Shown one piece after another: positions 41,601-52,752 of a DNA stretch of 64,000 bases; the first letter of the stretch is position 1; each line of letters starts with the position of its first letter. The notes beneath the pieces were generated by a model. The model worked only from the letters and a program-made list of their open reading frames with translations, was not told the origin of the DNA and made no database searches. The DNA lies in NCBI RefSeq assembly GCF_000143415.4, contig NW_003314367.1, positions 488,022 through 552,021 of the forward strand, in the 5' to 3' direction. A program made the position numbers and the translations under genes. The stretch is from Selaginella moellendorffii. Lineage: Eukaryota > Plantae > Lycopodiophyta.

Positions 41601-41778
41601 CTCGTTCAATAGCGACCACATTCCCATCGAAGACAGTCTCTACTGATACAGCAGCATTGCCTTCCCCAAGCCTTTAACAGTGTATAACAAAGTTCTGATC
41701 CATAGACACAAGGGTCCCTTTTGCAACTCTCTTCCCACCATTCAAAATGTAAACCTTTTTCCCAACCCTGAAGGCCAT
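38640..41778 (-). pseudogene. DUF7869-type (Sola-like) DDD transposase, ~1028 aa (exons 41778-38727, 38674-38640), four in-frame stops
   Basis: One continuous frame from ATG 41778, with stops at 41674-6, 41122-4, 40195-7 and 40081-3. Motifs VCMKAWRIIYGV, FSKCDEC, IIHDKMDQKKT, LQTDNAGSENKN, FLMVGHTHEDVDAMFS; 52-nt terminal intron. Confidence 0.8.
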
Positions 41779-42089
41779 TCTGAAAGTGCAGAAAAGAAGT
41801 TAAGACCATACAAAAAATGATTGGAGAATGGCCTAAATCATAACATACCAAACAACCTCAATAGCATGAGGCCACATGCCATTATTCAAACATGCTATTG
41901 ACACCCACGTGAAATTTCGCATTCACAAAATTGGCATGAGCCCTCATGCCATCTTGATATACACACAGCTGCAGGCAAGTAAAAACATACATGACAATAC
42001 GCTAGCCATGAAATTGCAAGGGCCCAAGATGGCATGTGGCCTCATGCCATTTCTAAATGTGGTCCTAAGCCATTCTATGGTGAACATAC

Positions 42090-43666
42090 CAGGAAGCACA
42101 AGTGCTGAATATCAAGAGGAAGCGGTAGCCACACCAAAGACAATGCCGCTCGCAACACCGCAACTACTCGTAGCGCCGCTCGCAACACCGCAACTGTTCG
42201 TAGCGCCGCTCGCACAAACTGCCACTCGCATAAACTGCCGCTCGCAATGGCACTCGCAATGCCGCAACCGCTCGTAGACGCATAAACCACAGCCCACAAC
42301 GCCGCTTACACAAGCAGCGCTCACTGCGCTCAGCGGAACCAAGAACACGGCGCACAAAAATGATAAACCTAGGAATGAGTTCGAGAATTCAGACATTGTA
42401 TACCATTCTGTAAAATCTAGTTGCGATCTAACGGTTGGATCTCCAGAAAACTCAAAAAAATCTCGCGCGTGTCAGAATATTCTAGGAATATACTCCTATG
42501 TGCCCCTAAAAATGGCATGCGGCCCCACGCCATTCAAGAGATAACGCCAGATGACGCCGAGAATTTTTTGGTGCATTTTTTGGGTTCAAAATTGCATGAG
42601 CCCACACGCTATAAAGTTTATCTTTGCCAAATAGAGAAAAGTTTATCTGTGTCATGTGAGGTAGTTACAGTCCTTTGTGCTCGGCATCTGCCTTTTGCAG
42701 CATTTGCACTGAAAGGGAATTTTTCTCCATTCAGCATTTGGCCTTGAAAATGGCATGCGCCCATACGCCATTCAAGGAATAACGCCACAGGATGCCTGGA
42801 TTTTTGGGTTTAAAATGTTTAGGGTTTTTTAGGTTTTTTCAAAATATTTTGGGTCCAACGTTTTTTGGGTTTCTTTGGTTCAAAATTGCATGAGCCTACA
42901 CGCTATAATATTGATTTGAGAGAAAAATAGAAACAGATAGAATTTCTTTATTTAGCTGAACATCTGCCATTTTTGGAAATACAAGATGCTTTGGAATATC
43001 CAATCATGCATGGTATAAATATAGCGAGGGTATTAAATGATATCCCAATCATGATCTTTCTTTTGGATTTCGCGTGCATGCAGTCCGAGGAATGATGACG
43101 TTGCGGATTTCTTTTGGATTTTGCGTGCTTGCATGCGCGCGGCAATCCAGAAATTAATGGTGGCGCCCAAGTCCGAGGAATGATGACGTGGCGGGATTAC
43201 CAACCGTTGTGACATTTCGCGCGTGTGAGGTTAGGTTTTGGATTTTGCTTCGTACTCGTGCTCACACACTCGCGCTCGTGCTCGCACACTCGCGCTCACG
43301 CTCGCATCACACTCGCGCTCGCATCGCGCTCCCACTCGCGATCACGCTCACATTCGCGCTCATCTACCTTCTCTACAGGTTTCTCGTGTGCATCGGCGTC
43401 CACTCGCGCTTGCATCACACTCGCGCTTGCATCGCGCTCGTGTGCATCGGCGTCCACTTCAAGACACACCCAGTTTGTAACTTTGCCGCCAACTCCGCCG
43501 CCCACTCCGCCACCCACACGCAGCCCACTTGGCGTCCCGGGAGATTTCAGTGCCACTCTCCAACTGTAAGTGGCAGAGTAGCCTTGCTGCTACGATCCGC
43601 TGCACACACAGTGCACATTCGCTAGCGAGTCCGGCCTTGATTGTCACGGCCTCCATTCGACTTCAA
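42090..43666. promoter_or_regulatory. Probable bidirectional promoter/5'UTR region with CG-rich micro-repeats
   Basis: Lies between divergent genes; GCCGCTCGCA repeats (~42145-42275), CACTCGCGCT repeats (~43255-43460), duplicated palindrome-pair unit (~42507-42615 / 42747-42910), duplicated AGTCCGAGGAATGATGACGT. Confidence 0.5.
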
Positions 43667-46600
43667 ATGGTAAGTCTTTTAGGCCAAGTAGAAAATGGCA
43701 TGAGGCCACATGCCATTCAGTAGCAACATTGGCATGCACCGATTGGGCTCTCGAGTGCAGTCCGGTTACAGATGGCGTGTAGCCTCACGCCATCTTAGGA
43801 TGCAGCCTCAAGACATCTGATGCAGTGGTGAATGGCGTGTGGCCTCACGTTATTTCCAGCTGCTAGCTTGTCATCTGTCAGCTCTAATTGTTATGCATTT
43901 CTGAACAGGCGAGGAATTGCGTTATTCTTCCAGCCACTGTCAATGTGGATGCAGAGAAGGGGGAGGAGCTCACCAGTTGGACTTTCGGGATGGAAGGCGA
44001 GGATTTGATGCTGTACAACACAGATGGTAGGAGAAAAGAATGCATGGGGATCCTCATCCAAGTGACAGACACTCCATGCAGTTCCATGCAAGAATATGGA
44101 CTGGCACTTGTGGTAGAGACAGCGTCCGCCTTCAAGATCCACCTTGCACATCCTAGCGGCTTCCCGGAGGGGGGCAGCAGCTATGAGGAATTCCTAGAGG
44201 GAGCTAGGGAGAGGTTGTCCAGGAGGCCCACAATTTCAAAGACGCTGCGGGTCTATGAAGATCACATGGAATCCACGGACCTCACCTACGGCGATGTTCA
44301 AAAACTATATTCCAACATTGAGCCGTTGAGAGTGCCTCCAGTTCGCGAAGCGAAGGGGAAGGGGGTCGATCTGGAAACTACCCCGAAGCAGAAAAGGGTG
44401 GTCAAGCTCAAGCCGACGTCCGACTCTGCTGCTCCAAAAAAGAAGCTACTCGGTGATGCCATTGCCTCGGGTTCAAACACTACACCCACCAAAAAGAAGA
44501 GCCGCAAAGAGTAGAAAGAGCAAGAAGAGGCAGCAAAAATCGTCGCAGATAATAGTACTTGTTACTATTCCAACAAAGTATATACAATCGACGTGAGCCG
44601 TATCGACATCCAAAGCAAATACAACCACAGGCTAGTATCTGATGAGTGGGTGGAGAAACTGAAGCAGAAGATGCTGGCAAGTCCAGTAACACCCGACATT
44701 GCAGACATGATCCCCTACTACCGAACAATGAAGGGCGAGACGAGGTTTCCAGACTTGATCAATAGGAAGGTGTTGGACGATCAGAACATCCGGTTCTATG
44801 CCGTCTCTGGGCAGCATTCTAGCTTGGCAATGCAACAGATAGTTGTGGATATTATGGTGGGCGAGGAGGTGAAGAAAGTCTTCAAGACAAGAGTTGTCCG
44901 CCTGATAAAAGGCAACTCGCCCCTCCGATCTATCATATACATCTCCCACACGCAAAATGTGAAGCAAGAAACGTGCTACAAATCAGGTCTGCACGAGACA
45001 TTGGCACGAACACAGAAGCTCTGGGTTCAACTGAAGAAGCCACAAAAACCAGGACAAGGACGTGCACTAGCAACTAGCGCCTGGCAGGTAAGCCTCGTTG
45101 CATGTGGCATAGCATGTGGCCTCACGCCATTTCCATTGCAGGAATTCTCGAGTCTTCTCTTGAAAACACTGGGGGTCAATGACACACTCAGCATCCATAA
45201 CATTCTACTCGCGACAAAAGTTGTTTTTGACAAATGGGTAGATGTGCTGAGGAGGTACCATAACGGGGAGTTGCTAAACTCAATGGGTGTGAAGGACGGC
45301 CGGAAGCCCAATGATTTGAAGCTCAACGCCTTGCGTTTCTCGCGGTCTCTAGACGACGACGACCTTCTGACAATGACTAATGCTCTTCTACGTGGTGAGG
45401 TAATCTTCAACAAGACCAAAATGACTCCCGGCCATATTGTGACATACGAGGACTTGTGCACGACTCTGAGAGCTCGTGCGCTATTGAAGGATTGGATCTT
45501 CGAGCAAGTGGCCGTGGAGAGGGTGAGCATCGACACCACGCAAGAGATGATGGAAGAGCTGGAGTTGTCAAATGAAGACATCGACGACTACGTGAAGGGG
45601 GCCCCCAAGTTCATCGATCTGCTGCGGGATGCCACGAAAAGTAAAGCTGAGAAGTTAGATCAGTATCCAAATTTCATTAAGAGGGATGTCGACCGCCGGC
45701 TTCAGAAACAGCTCGACCCCGCAGCAGAGGCCTATCGAGAACCTTACCGGGTATACATGAATTCGGATGAGGATCAAAGGTGGAGGAGCATCGTTTCCCG
45801 CGGAGATGAGCAGGTAGGGAAAATCTTTTGTGTGATGGACTTCACAAACGAAGAGATCACTCATGCAGACGAAGTCAGCTCCATCATTGACTTAATGGTG
45901 GGACTTGCGAAGGTGGAATCTTCAGTCCACTATATGATCTACGACTCCGAATCCTATCACAAGTTCTGGAAGGCCTTGAACGAGGTGAAGGCTCGGTTGA
46001 AAGGCGAGGAGATGCGGGAGATCCATGGGATAATGGCTAAGAAGAAGATACTGACGAATGTCCGCATCTTCACACTCGCCCTTGTTATTGGTCCTGCAGC
46101 AGAGTGGGACTGGAGTGACTTCCCAGCTTCGTTCGACAAGGCCGATCGAATTGATCTGAGGGAGGTCAATTTACCCGTGCCTGAGGAACTGAAGACGGCT
46201 ATGGAGCTTTCGAATCCAAAGAAAGCTCCAGGTGCAGCATGGGAAATGCTCAGCTGGGTCTTCAACGCAATAGCGGGTGACTCCAAGGGCAAATGCGTTG
46301 TTGAGTACAACTGCGGCGGACTATTCTTTCGAGCCACACTACTCAAGGGTGTCCCGTGTGTTGCGGTGACAAACTCCATTGAAGAGGTGACTTCAATGGA
46401 GCATATAATTACAGTTGCCAAAGAAAAACAGTATCTTCTCTGCGAACCTGGTGAGTACGCACTTTAAGTTTAAATGTTATCTCACAAGCTCTATATGCAG
46501 GAGCGTGGCCACCCCCAGATGCTGAAACGGCGTTAACAGCTACTGATGTTAGGCCGAGCTCACAACCTGCACAAGGTAAGGTCACGTGAGGCCTCACACC

Positions 46601-49233
46601 ATTTTGATTATAGATCGTTGTGAATATTCAGACACGAGGACTGAAAAGCGCACTGGTGGCGCGTCGAAGAAGGACAAACAGACAAGCAATAGGAAAAAAG
46701 GAGGTACAAATTATATTTGCAATGGCGTGTGGTCTCATGCCATTCCTTGCAGGAGACACTTCTTCAAAGGCAAAATAGGCAAGCACCAGCCAAGCTCAAA
46801 CTGACAGTGGTCATAAAAAGCGAAAGCACGTTGGACAGTCGTCGGGATCAGAGGCGTTTGATTCGAAAAGGAAGAAGGGCAACGAAAAGATGATAGGTAA
46901 TGCCTTGCGGTTATGGCGTGTGTGCTCATGCCATTCATTGTAGATCAAGGGCTGAGTGAAAGGAGCCAGTCACCACCTCCTGACTCAGATTCCTATGGCG
47001 GACTCCCCTTCCCCAATCTCAATGGAGAGGTACAATGGATGAGGGATGCTTTTCAAGTCAGGGCCACGTTTTTCTCATCTCGTCGTCTTCGAAGGGTGCA
47101 AGAACGTGTAGAAACCATGTTAAGACAGTCAGGTGAGGATACGGTCCTAGGTCAAGCACTAAAACAGGCTATGGATGTCTTGTATTTTGAGATGGAGACT
47201 CAGCCAGATGATTTTCCCAAGATGGTCCTGGAAGAACAAGCCATCCAGCCTGAGTAGCCTATGGAAGAAATGCAGGAGGGGGATGAGGAGCCAGAGAAAG
47301 ATAATGAGCAGGAAGAGCAGAAGGACGAAGAGGAGGACAAAGAAGAGGAGGACGAAGAAGAGGAGGACGAAGAAGAGGAGGACGAAGAGGACTTGGATGG
47401 TCCTCACAATGGTGACAATCACAATAACGACGATGACGATGATGACGACGATGGCCAACCTGAGGTGGCCAAAGAGCAGCGGAGGAAGGTCATACAAGAC
47501 AAACCATCAGGTAAATAATAGTACATCCATTCCTAACCTTTTACCATTTCTAACATTGTCCATGTAGGTCGCAGAAGAAATGGTAAGTAGAGATTATTCA
47601 GTTGAATTAAGATACAAACTCTAGCCTTTAGTGTCGAGGAAGGATAGTGCCAAGCAAGGGTCGAAACGTATGTCCAATCCTTCGGAATCAGTAGTGCGCC
47701 CAAGTGATATCGGTCCTAGTTCCTCAATAGCAGTTGATGGTAAATACAGTATAGTCAATTCAATGTGCTAATGAGTTTGTTTTTAGTAGCCAGTAGGGAG
47801 GATACCATCTCAATCGAAGGGAGATATTTGGACATGCATATAGATCCGCCAGTGGACTCTACTTGCCTGCAAGAATCATCAGAGCTGGTGGAGGCTACTA
47901 TCCATATCAACGCCAAGCAAGCTGACCACGCTCCACTTGATGCTGCCCATACCATTGAGTCAATCTTGTCCACGTATCCAACTGACGGTGACCAGGCGCC
48001 ATTGGACCCGCATGAGGCCGCCCCAGCCGCCGAGCCGGTCGTATCCTCATTTCCAACGGACTCAACGTGTGCCCAATCGTCTGACTACGCGCCGTTGGAA
48101 CCTCCCTACACCACCCCTGCTGCCTGTTCGGTCATGTCCACTTTGCCAACGGAGGCACCAGCTGAAATGGCGTGTGATCACACGCCATCGAAACCACCCC
48201 ATGCCACTGTTGAGCCAGTTGTACCAGAGTCTACAGCTGAAATGGCATGTGCCCACATGCCATCGGATGCGATTGACCCCACATTGTAGAGGAGAGTATT
48301 TCCGCCCTTCACGTTTCCTCGACCAAAACCCTCTGAACGACCATCGGGAGCACCATTCGCTAATATTGTAGATGGTAAAATTGACTTGTACCATTTTTTA
48401 TGCTGACGCATTTCATTTCAGAGTCACGGCAAAAGTACTATATCGTTTTTGATCTGAACGGTGTCCTTTTCTCCCATGAGCGTGGCTCGTCCTCGAATGT
48501 CACTGCACCCTCCAAAGCCTGCGGTCGCAAGTTGGTCAAAAGAGACAGATTCACATTAATCACACGGGAGAAACTGTGGGATCTAATAATGACCATGCGA
48601 CACTTAAAACAGAGGGCCGGGTTCAATTTGCAATTGGGAGTTTGGACATCCATGATGCGCCACAATGCATTAACGTTGCTACAGATGATGCACGATCAGA
48701 CGCAAGTAATATTACCATTTGACTTTCTCCTAACGCAGGAGGATTGCTTGACTATGGTCCATGTGAGGGGTAGCAAGCCCATCTTCGTCAAGCCAGAGGC
48801 TGTAGTGATGAACCGGACTGCTAGGTCAAGTGAAATCCTCATTATCGATGACTCGCCGATTAAAACTGCAGCGAACACGCACACATATGCAGTGCACCCC
48901 ATCTCTTGCAGTATGGAAACTAGGGAGAAGAAACCGTATGTTCTGGGGGACCTTGCAAAACGGCTTGAAGCGATGGTGATAGAGAACCGGCCAATCCAGG
49001 AGGTGGCTGCAGAAATCAACCAAATGGTAGATGGAACGGTATATCAGAAGCCATTTGATCAGACAGACACCAGTCATCATTTATGGCATGTATATTGTCT
49101 AGCCAAGCACTATCCGCATCTCCATAATCTGCTCAATCGGATGGGTTCTTCGACCACTGAACATGAGTGTGGACGTATTAGAGAAGAGATGGCATTACTA
49201 TTGGGTTTAAATCCTGATAGCGTGGAGAGATGA
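43667..49233 (+). pseudogene. 11-exon ~1623-aa protein: ParB/Srx-like domain + degenerate beta-class MTase-like region + acidic linker + FCP1/NIF-like HAD phosphatase; four in-frame TAG
   Basis: Exons 43667-43669, 43909-45087, 45142-46450, 46501-46575, 46632-46703, 46753-46896, 46944-47510, 47568-47582, 47632-47739, 47787-48374, 48422-49233 are all GT-AG bounded and total 4872 nt in one frame. TAG at 44512, 46776, 47255, 48287. Motifs FYAVSGQHS and IVFDLNGVL/WTSM/IIDDSPIK. Confidence 0.7.
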
Positions 49234-49734
49234 AATTCCAAGATTATTGTATAGGCGTTGGAGGCAAAAAATAACAGTCTAAGATGGCATGTATTTATTT
49301 AAAAATGTAACTTATTATGGCATGGGGTTCCATGCCATTGTATTAATATTAAAAGACAATTCTTTGAGAGGATTTGCATTATACTAGAAGTGTTACAGCA
49401 TGTTATTGGAAGTCTACGAAATTGTTTTATTAATAAGGGGAAAGTAAAGATTGAATGGGGACTTGGGCTCCACCTAGACTCGGAGCAACTGAGCCAATAT
49501 TAAAAGGATGGAAAGAAATTGGACGACGATGACAAGGAGAAGAGAGAGGTGAAGCAGTGGCAGGGGGAGGAGAAGTGATTGAGTAGACATTTCCTTGTTT
49601 AAAATAAAATGGCATGTGCTTCAATGCAGTTGAATTTTGTTATATTTATATACTATATAAAGGTTTGGAAACCTTATTTTACAAGTGGGATAATGACAAT
49701 TCCCACTTTAATGAAATAGAGCTTCCTTTAAGAA

Positions 49735-51895
49735 TTAGTCAAACAAGTCATCAATGCAAGGCAAAGGATAACTGTTTTTAACCGTGATCTTGTTGAGTGC
49801 CCAATAGTCAATACACATCCTCATGGTTCCATCCTTTTTCATAACAAAAAGGACCGACACTCCATAAGGTGACTTGCTTGGTTGGATATGACTTTTATGA
49901 AGAAGCTCCATGAGTTGTTTCTTGAGTTCAGCCATCTCCTTGATGTTTAATTGATATGGAGCTTTCGTAGGTGGTTTAGAACCCAAAATAACCTCAATCT
50001 GATGATCAACCTTACTGCTAGGAGGTAGCCTTGGTAGTAAATCCTTTGGAAAGATCTTGATTCCTTGCCAACAACTCCAATATCTTCGTTGGTACAGCAT
50101 TAACACCGTCACCGATTCGAACTAAGTCACCAACACCCTCAACTTCTATCACTTGAACCCAAAAGGTCTGACATCCCCTCTTAGCTGCTTTTTGAGTGGC
50201 CCTCGTAGTCAGGAACTTTGCATCCCAATCCTTTGAGGAACGCTTTTGCAATTGGAAGGACACATTGGGACATCCTTCTGACTTCAACGTGATACGACTT
50301 TGTCCCGCACCATAAATCCCTTTTATGTATTTATTGAAGAAGTCCATACCAAACACCATCTGAAAATCTAGTATCTTCAACACTACCAAGTCCACTCTTT
50401 CTTTCCACTTGGATATCTTTATTGGAACATCACTCACAAATTTTCTGGCTACTTGCCCACCTTTCGTAAACCGGAAGTGCATAGGTGACATTTGCTCAGC
50501 ATTCAATCCTAACAGCTTAACTAAGTCTTCGGATATCACGCTGTGCGTTGCCCCTGTGTCAATCATAACTCGAATTTAGCATCCACAGACAAAGCCTATC
50601 ACATACATCAACAGATCAATGTTTGCATTGACTGCGAGAAAACGTTGAGGAAAGCAATGAAAGTAACTCACCTCCTCTTCCTCATAGTCTGCATTGACCA
50701 ACTCGTCAACCCCTTGAGCTTCACCACCACCGTCTTCCCTAATGATATTAACACAAGACCTTGTCTTATACTTGTTGGGACATTCCGAGGATTTATGTCC
50801 TGACTCTCCACAATGGAAGCAATGACCCACACTACCCGTTCCGCTAGGAGCAGGTTTCACAGGTTGCTGCTACTTGTACCCACCAAGAGGAGGAACAGAG
50901 GGCCTTGGACCAAAAGAAGCTGCTGGTGATCTCCAACCACCACCACCACCTTTGTTAACCGTTGCTTGTGAGCCTCCAGAGTGGAACTTGTCTTCCATCC
51001 TCTATTTCTGATCACCTTGTTTATTCCCAGAATTCTTATTCTTGTCCGAGGTACCAACATACGACTGCTAATACTGTTCTATGAGTGAGTGACTAAATGC
51101 AACTTGCTGTGCTGCCTCCTTACACTCCAGGTGCATCTTTGGTTTAAACTTCAAAATCTCATTGCGAGAAAGTGACCTTAAGCCCTCCAGGAAATAACTT
51201 CGAGCATCTTCATCACTCATATTTGCAATGATAATGCACTTTTGAGCAAATGCATTAACGTAATGCATGAGGTCCCCTCATTGCTTTAACCGCCGCAGCT
51301 CTACACGAAGTCTCAAACCAAGATCATTCAGCAAGCATTCCGTACAGATACAAGACCGCATCTTGGTCCAACTTCTAGTCTGCCTTTTTTCAGCACACAC
51401 TTGGCGCCACCAAGTTTTGGCATGATCGGTGAGAAAGGATTGCATGTATGCAACTTTCATACGATCATCTATATCTGCTGCTATGAAATAGTTTTCAATA
51501 TCATAAACCCAGTCTTCCAAAACTTGATAGTCCTGCATGCCTTTGAAATTGGGTGGTTTCGGAGGCTTGAACTTTGAAACTTGTGCAATTGGGGGTGGTT
51601 GCAGAACTTCATTGTCTTCAGAACTTGAAGAGGATTCTGGTTGCTTAGGTTTATCTGGTTTAGCTGCCTTAGCTTCTTCCCTCCTCTTCTTGTTCTCCTT
51701 CTTCAATTTGCAAATCTCCCTTCGCAAATTCTCGATCTCGACTTCATGAGTTGTACGCTGTAGTGCCACAGCATTTGGCTCTTCCTCTTTTGACTCAGCC
51801 TCTACCTCTTTTGCAGCATCTCTAGCAGGAGTTTCCTCCTCTCAATTCGCCCCTCTAGAGGTTTTAGCATCATCAACATGGTTCCGTTTCACCAT
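49735..51895 (-). mobile_element. Ty3/gypsy gag-protease-RT(N-term), disrupted and 3'-truncated
   Basis: Gag (LEDWVYDIENYF..HAKTWWR), CCHC knuckle CFHCGESGHKSSEC, protease [48 protein letters not shown]. Confidence 0.92.
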
Positions 51896-52752
51896 CTTGC
51901 TAGCTACCTGCATGCCTCTATCAGTAACTGAACATGCATACAACGTTCTTACCGAATGGTGCAATCCAACTAATCCCACACAGGTCACTTCGGATCTACT
52001 GACAGAGTCTGGCACAATTTCGGCATAACGGTGGCCTAACGTGGGGAGGAGGGTACCCCACTGACTAGAGCAGTGTGGAGCTTAGGCTTAGACCCAAGCC
52101 GGAAGCAAAAAAAGGAGCAATACAGCCTAGCGGGAGCCAAACTAATGTCTTAGGTGGTTGGACATGCATTCCAACCACTATCTCTAATTTACATTTGGAA
52201 CCCCCCATAGCCCCCCCCCCCCCCTCCGCCCACCCCCCCTTTGAGGAACACATGCTTTAGGCTTTCACCCCAAGTCTCCATTAGTACCAGTAGTTAATCT
52301 CTGGGACAAGCTCGAAATTTACTAAATATAGAATTTCCTTAGATTGTGAATTTGAACAGGGGACGAACACCATTGTGTTCAAGTTGATCTCTACATTCCG
52401 TAGATATGCCAAATAAGGAAATCTAGACACTTTCCATAAATAGTATTTGGGACTAAAATGAGACTAACACAAAGGGCATGATAACGAGGGTGTTTGGTAG
52501 ACATGGTCTGTGCCAATTGTCCTTCTAGAACGTCCAATCGAGCCTTGGACGACCGAACCTCACCACTAGACTCCTATTTGGAAGTTTCCACATTGCAATC
52601 CTCCTAATGCAAGGATTCGTCATCCATAGCCTCTTGTTTAACTGGAGGCTGCAACTCTAAAGGAGATTCTGTCTTCGACTTGGTTCGTTTACGCCCTACC
52701 TTTGCCATCTCCCAGCAATCCGCCTCAATCCTTTGCTAGAACTGAGGGAAAG

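Larger units (their letters stand above)
38553..49630. repeat. Dispersed 22-bp palindrome ATGGCRTGNGGCCNCAYGCCAT, ~19 copies plus half-sites
   Basis: Starts at 39958, 40015, 41861, 41931, 42029, 42512, 42591, 42750, 42885, 43695, 43772, 43832, 45109, 46581, 46722, 46913, 48167 (perfect palindrome), 48242, 49317; half-sites near 38553, 38619, 49284, 49609. Confidence 0.92.
38525..49700. mobile_element. Putative two-gene DNA transposon (DUF7869/Sola-like transposase plus ParB-like/MTase-like/HAD protein) marked by dispersed 22-bp palindromes; boundaries approximate
   Basis: Divergent gene pair, higher GC than flanks, palindrome seen only within 38553-49630, abrupt junctions with gypsy remnants on both sides; no TIR/TSD found. 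Confidence 0.65.

Noticed and set aside
39208-46421. Antisense ORFs overlapping the two element genes (e.g. 39208-39966 +, 45027-45581 -)
   Set aside because: Shadow frames of GC-richer coding sequence with no motifs.
40081-48289. In-frame stops repaired by U-to-C RNA editing or TAG readthrough
   Set aside because: Plant U-to-C editing is organellar, whereas this is intron-containing nuclear TE DNA. All three stop types occur and 5mC deamination explains them more simply.
38553-49630. 22-bp palindromes as a CRISPR array or MITE family
   Set aside because: Spacing is irregular (tens to thousands of bp), copies lie within exons and introns, there are no cas genes and no flanking target duplications.
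37300-51895. Flanking gypsy pieces as one element interrupted by the 11-kb transposon
   Set aside because: The left piece is + strand integrase and the right piece is - strand gag-RT; orientation and order are incompatible and no TSD is visible.
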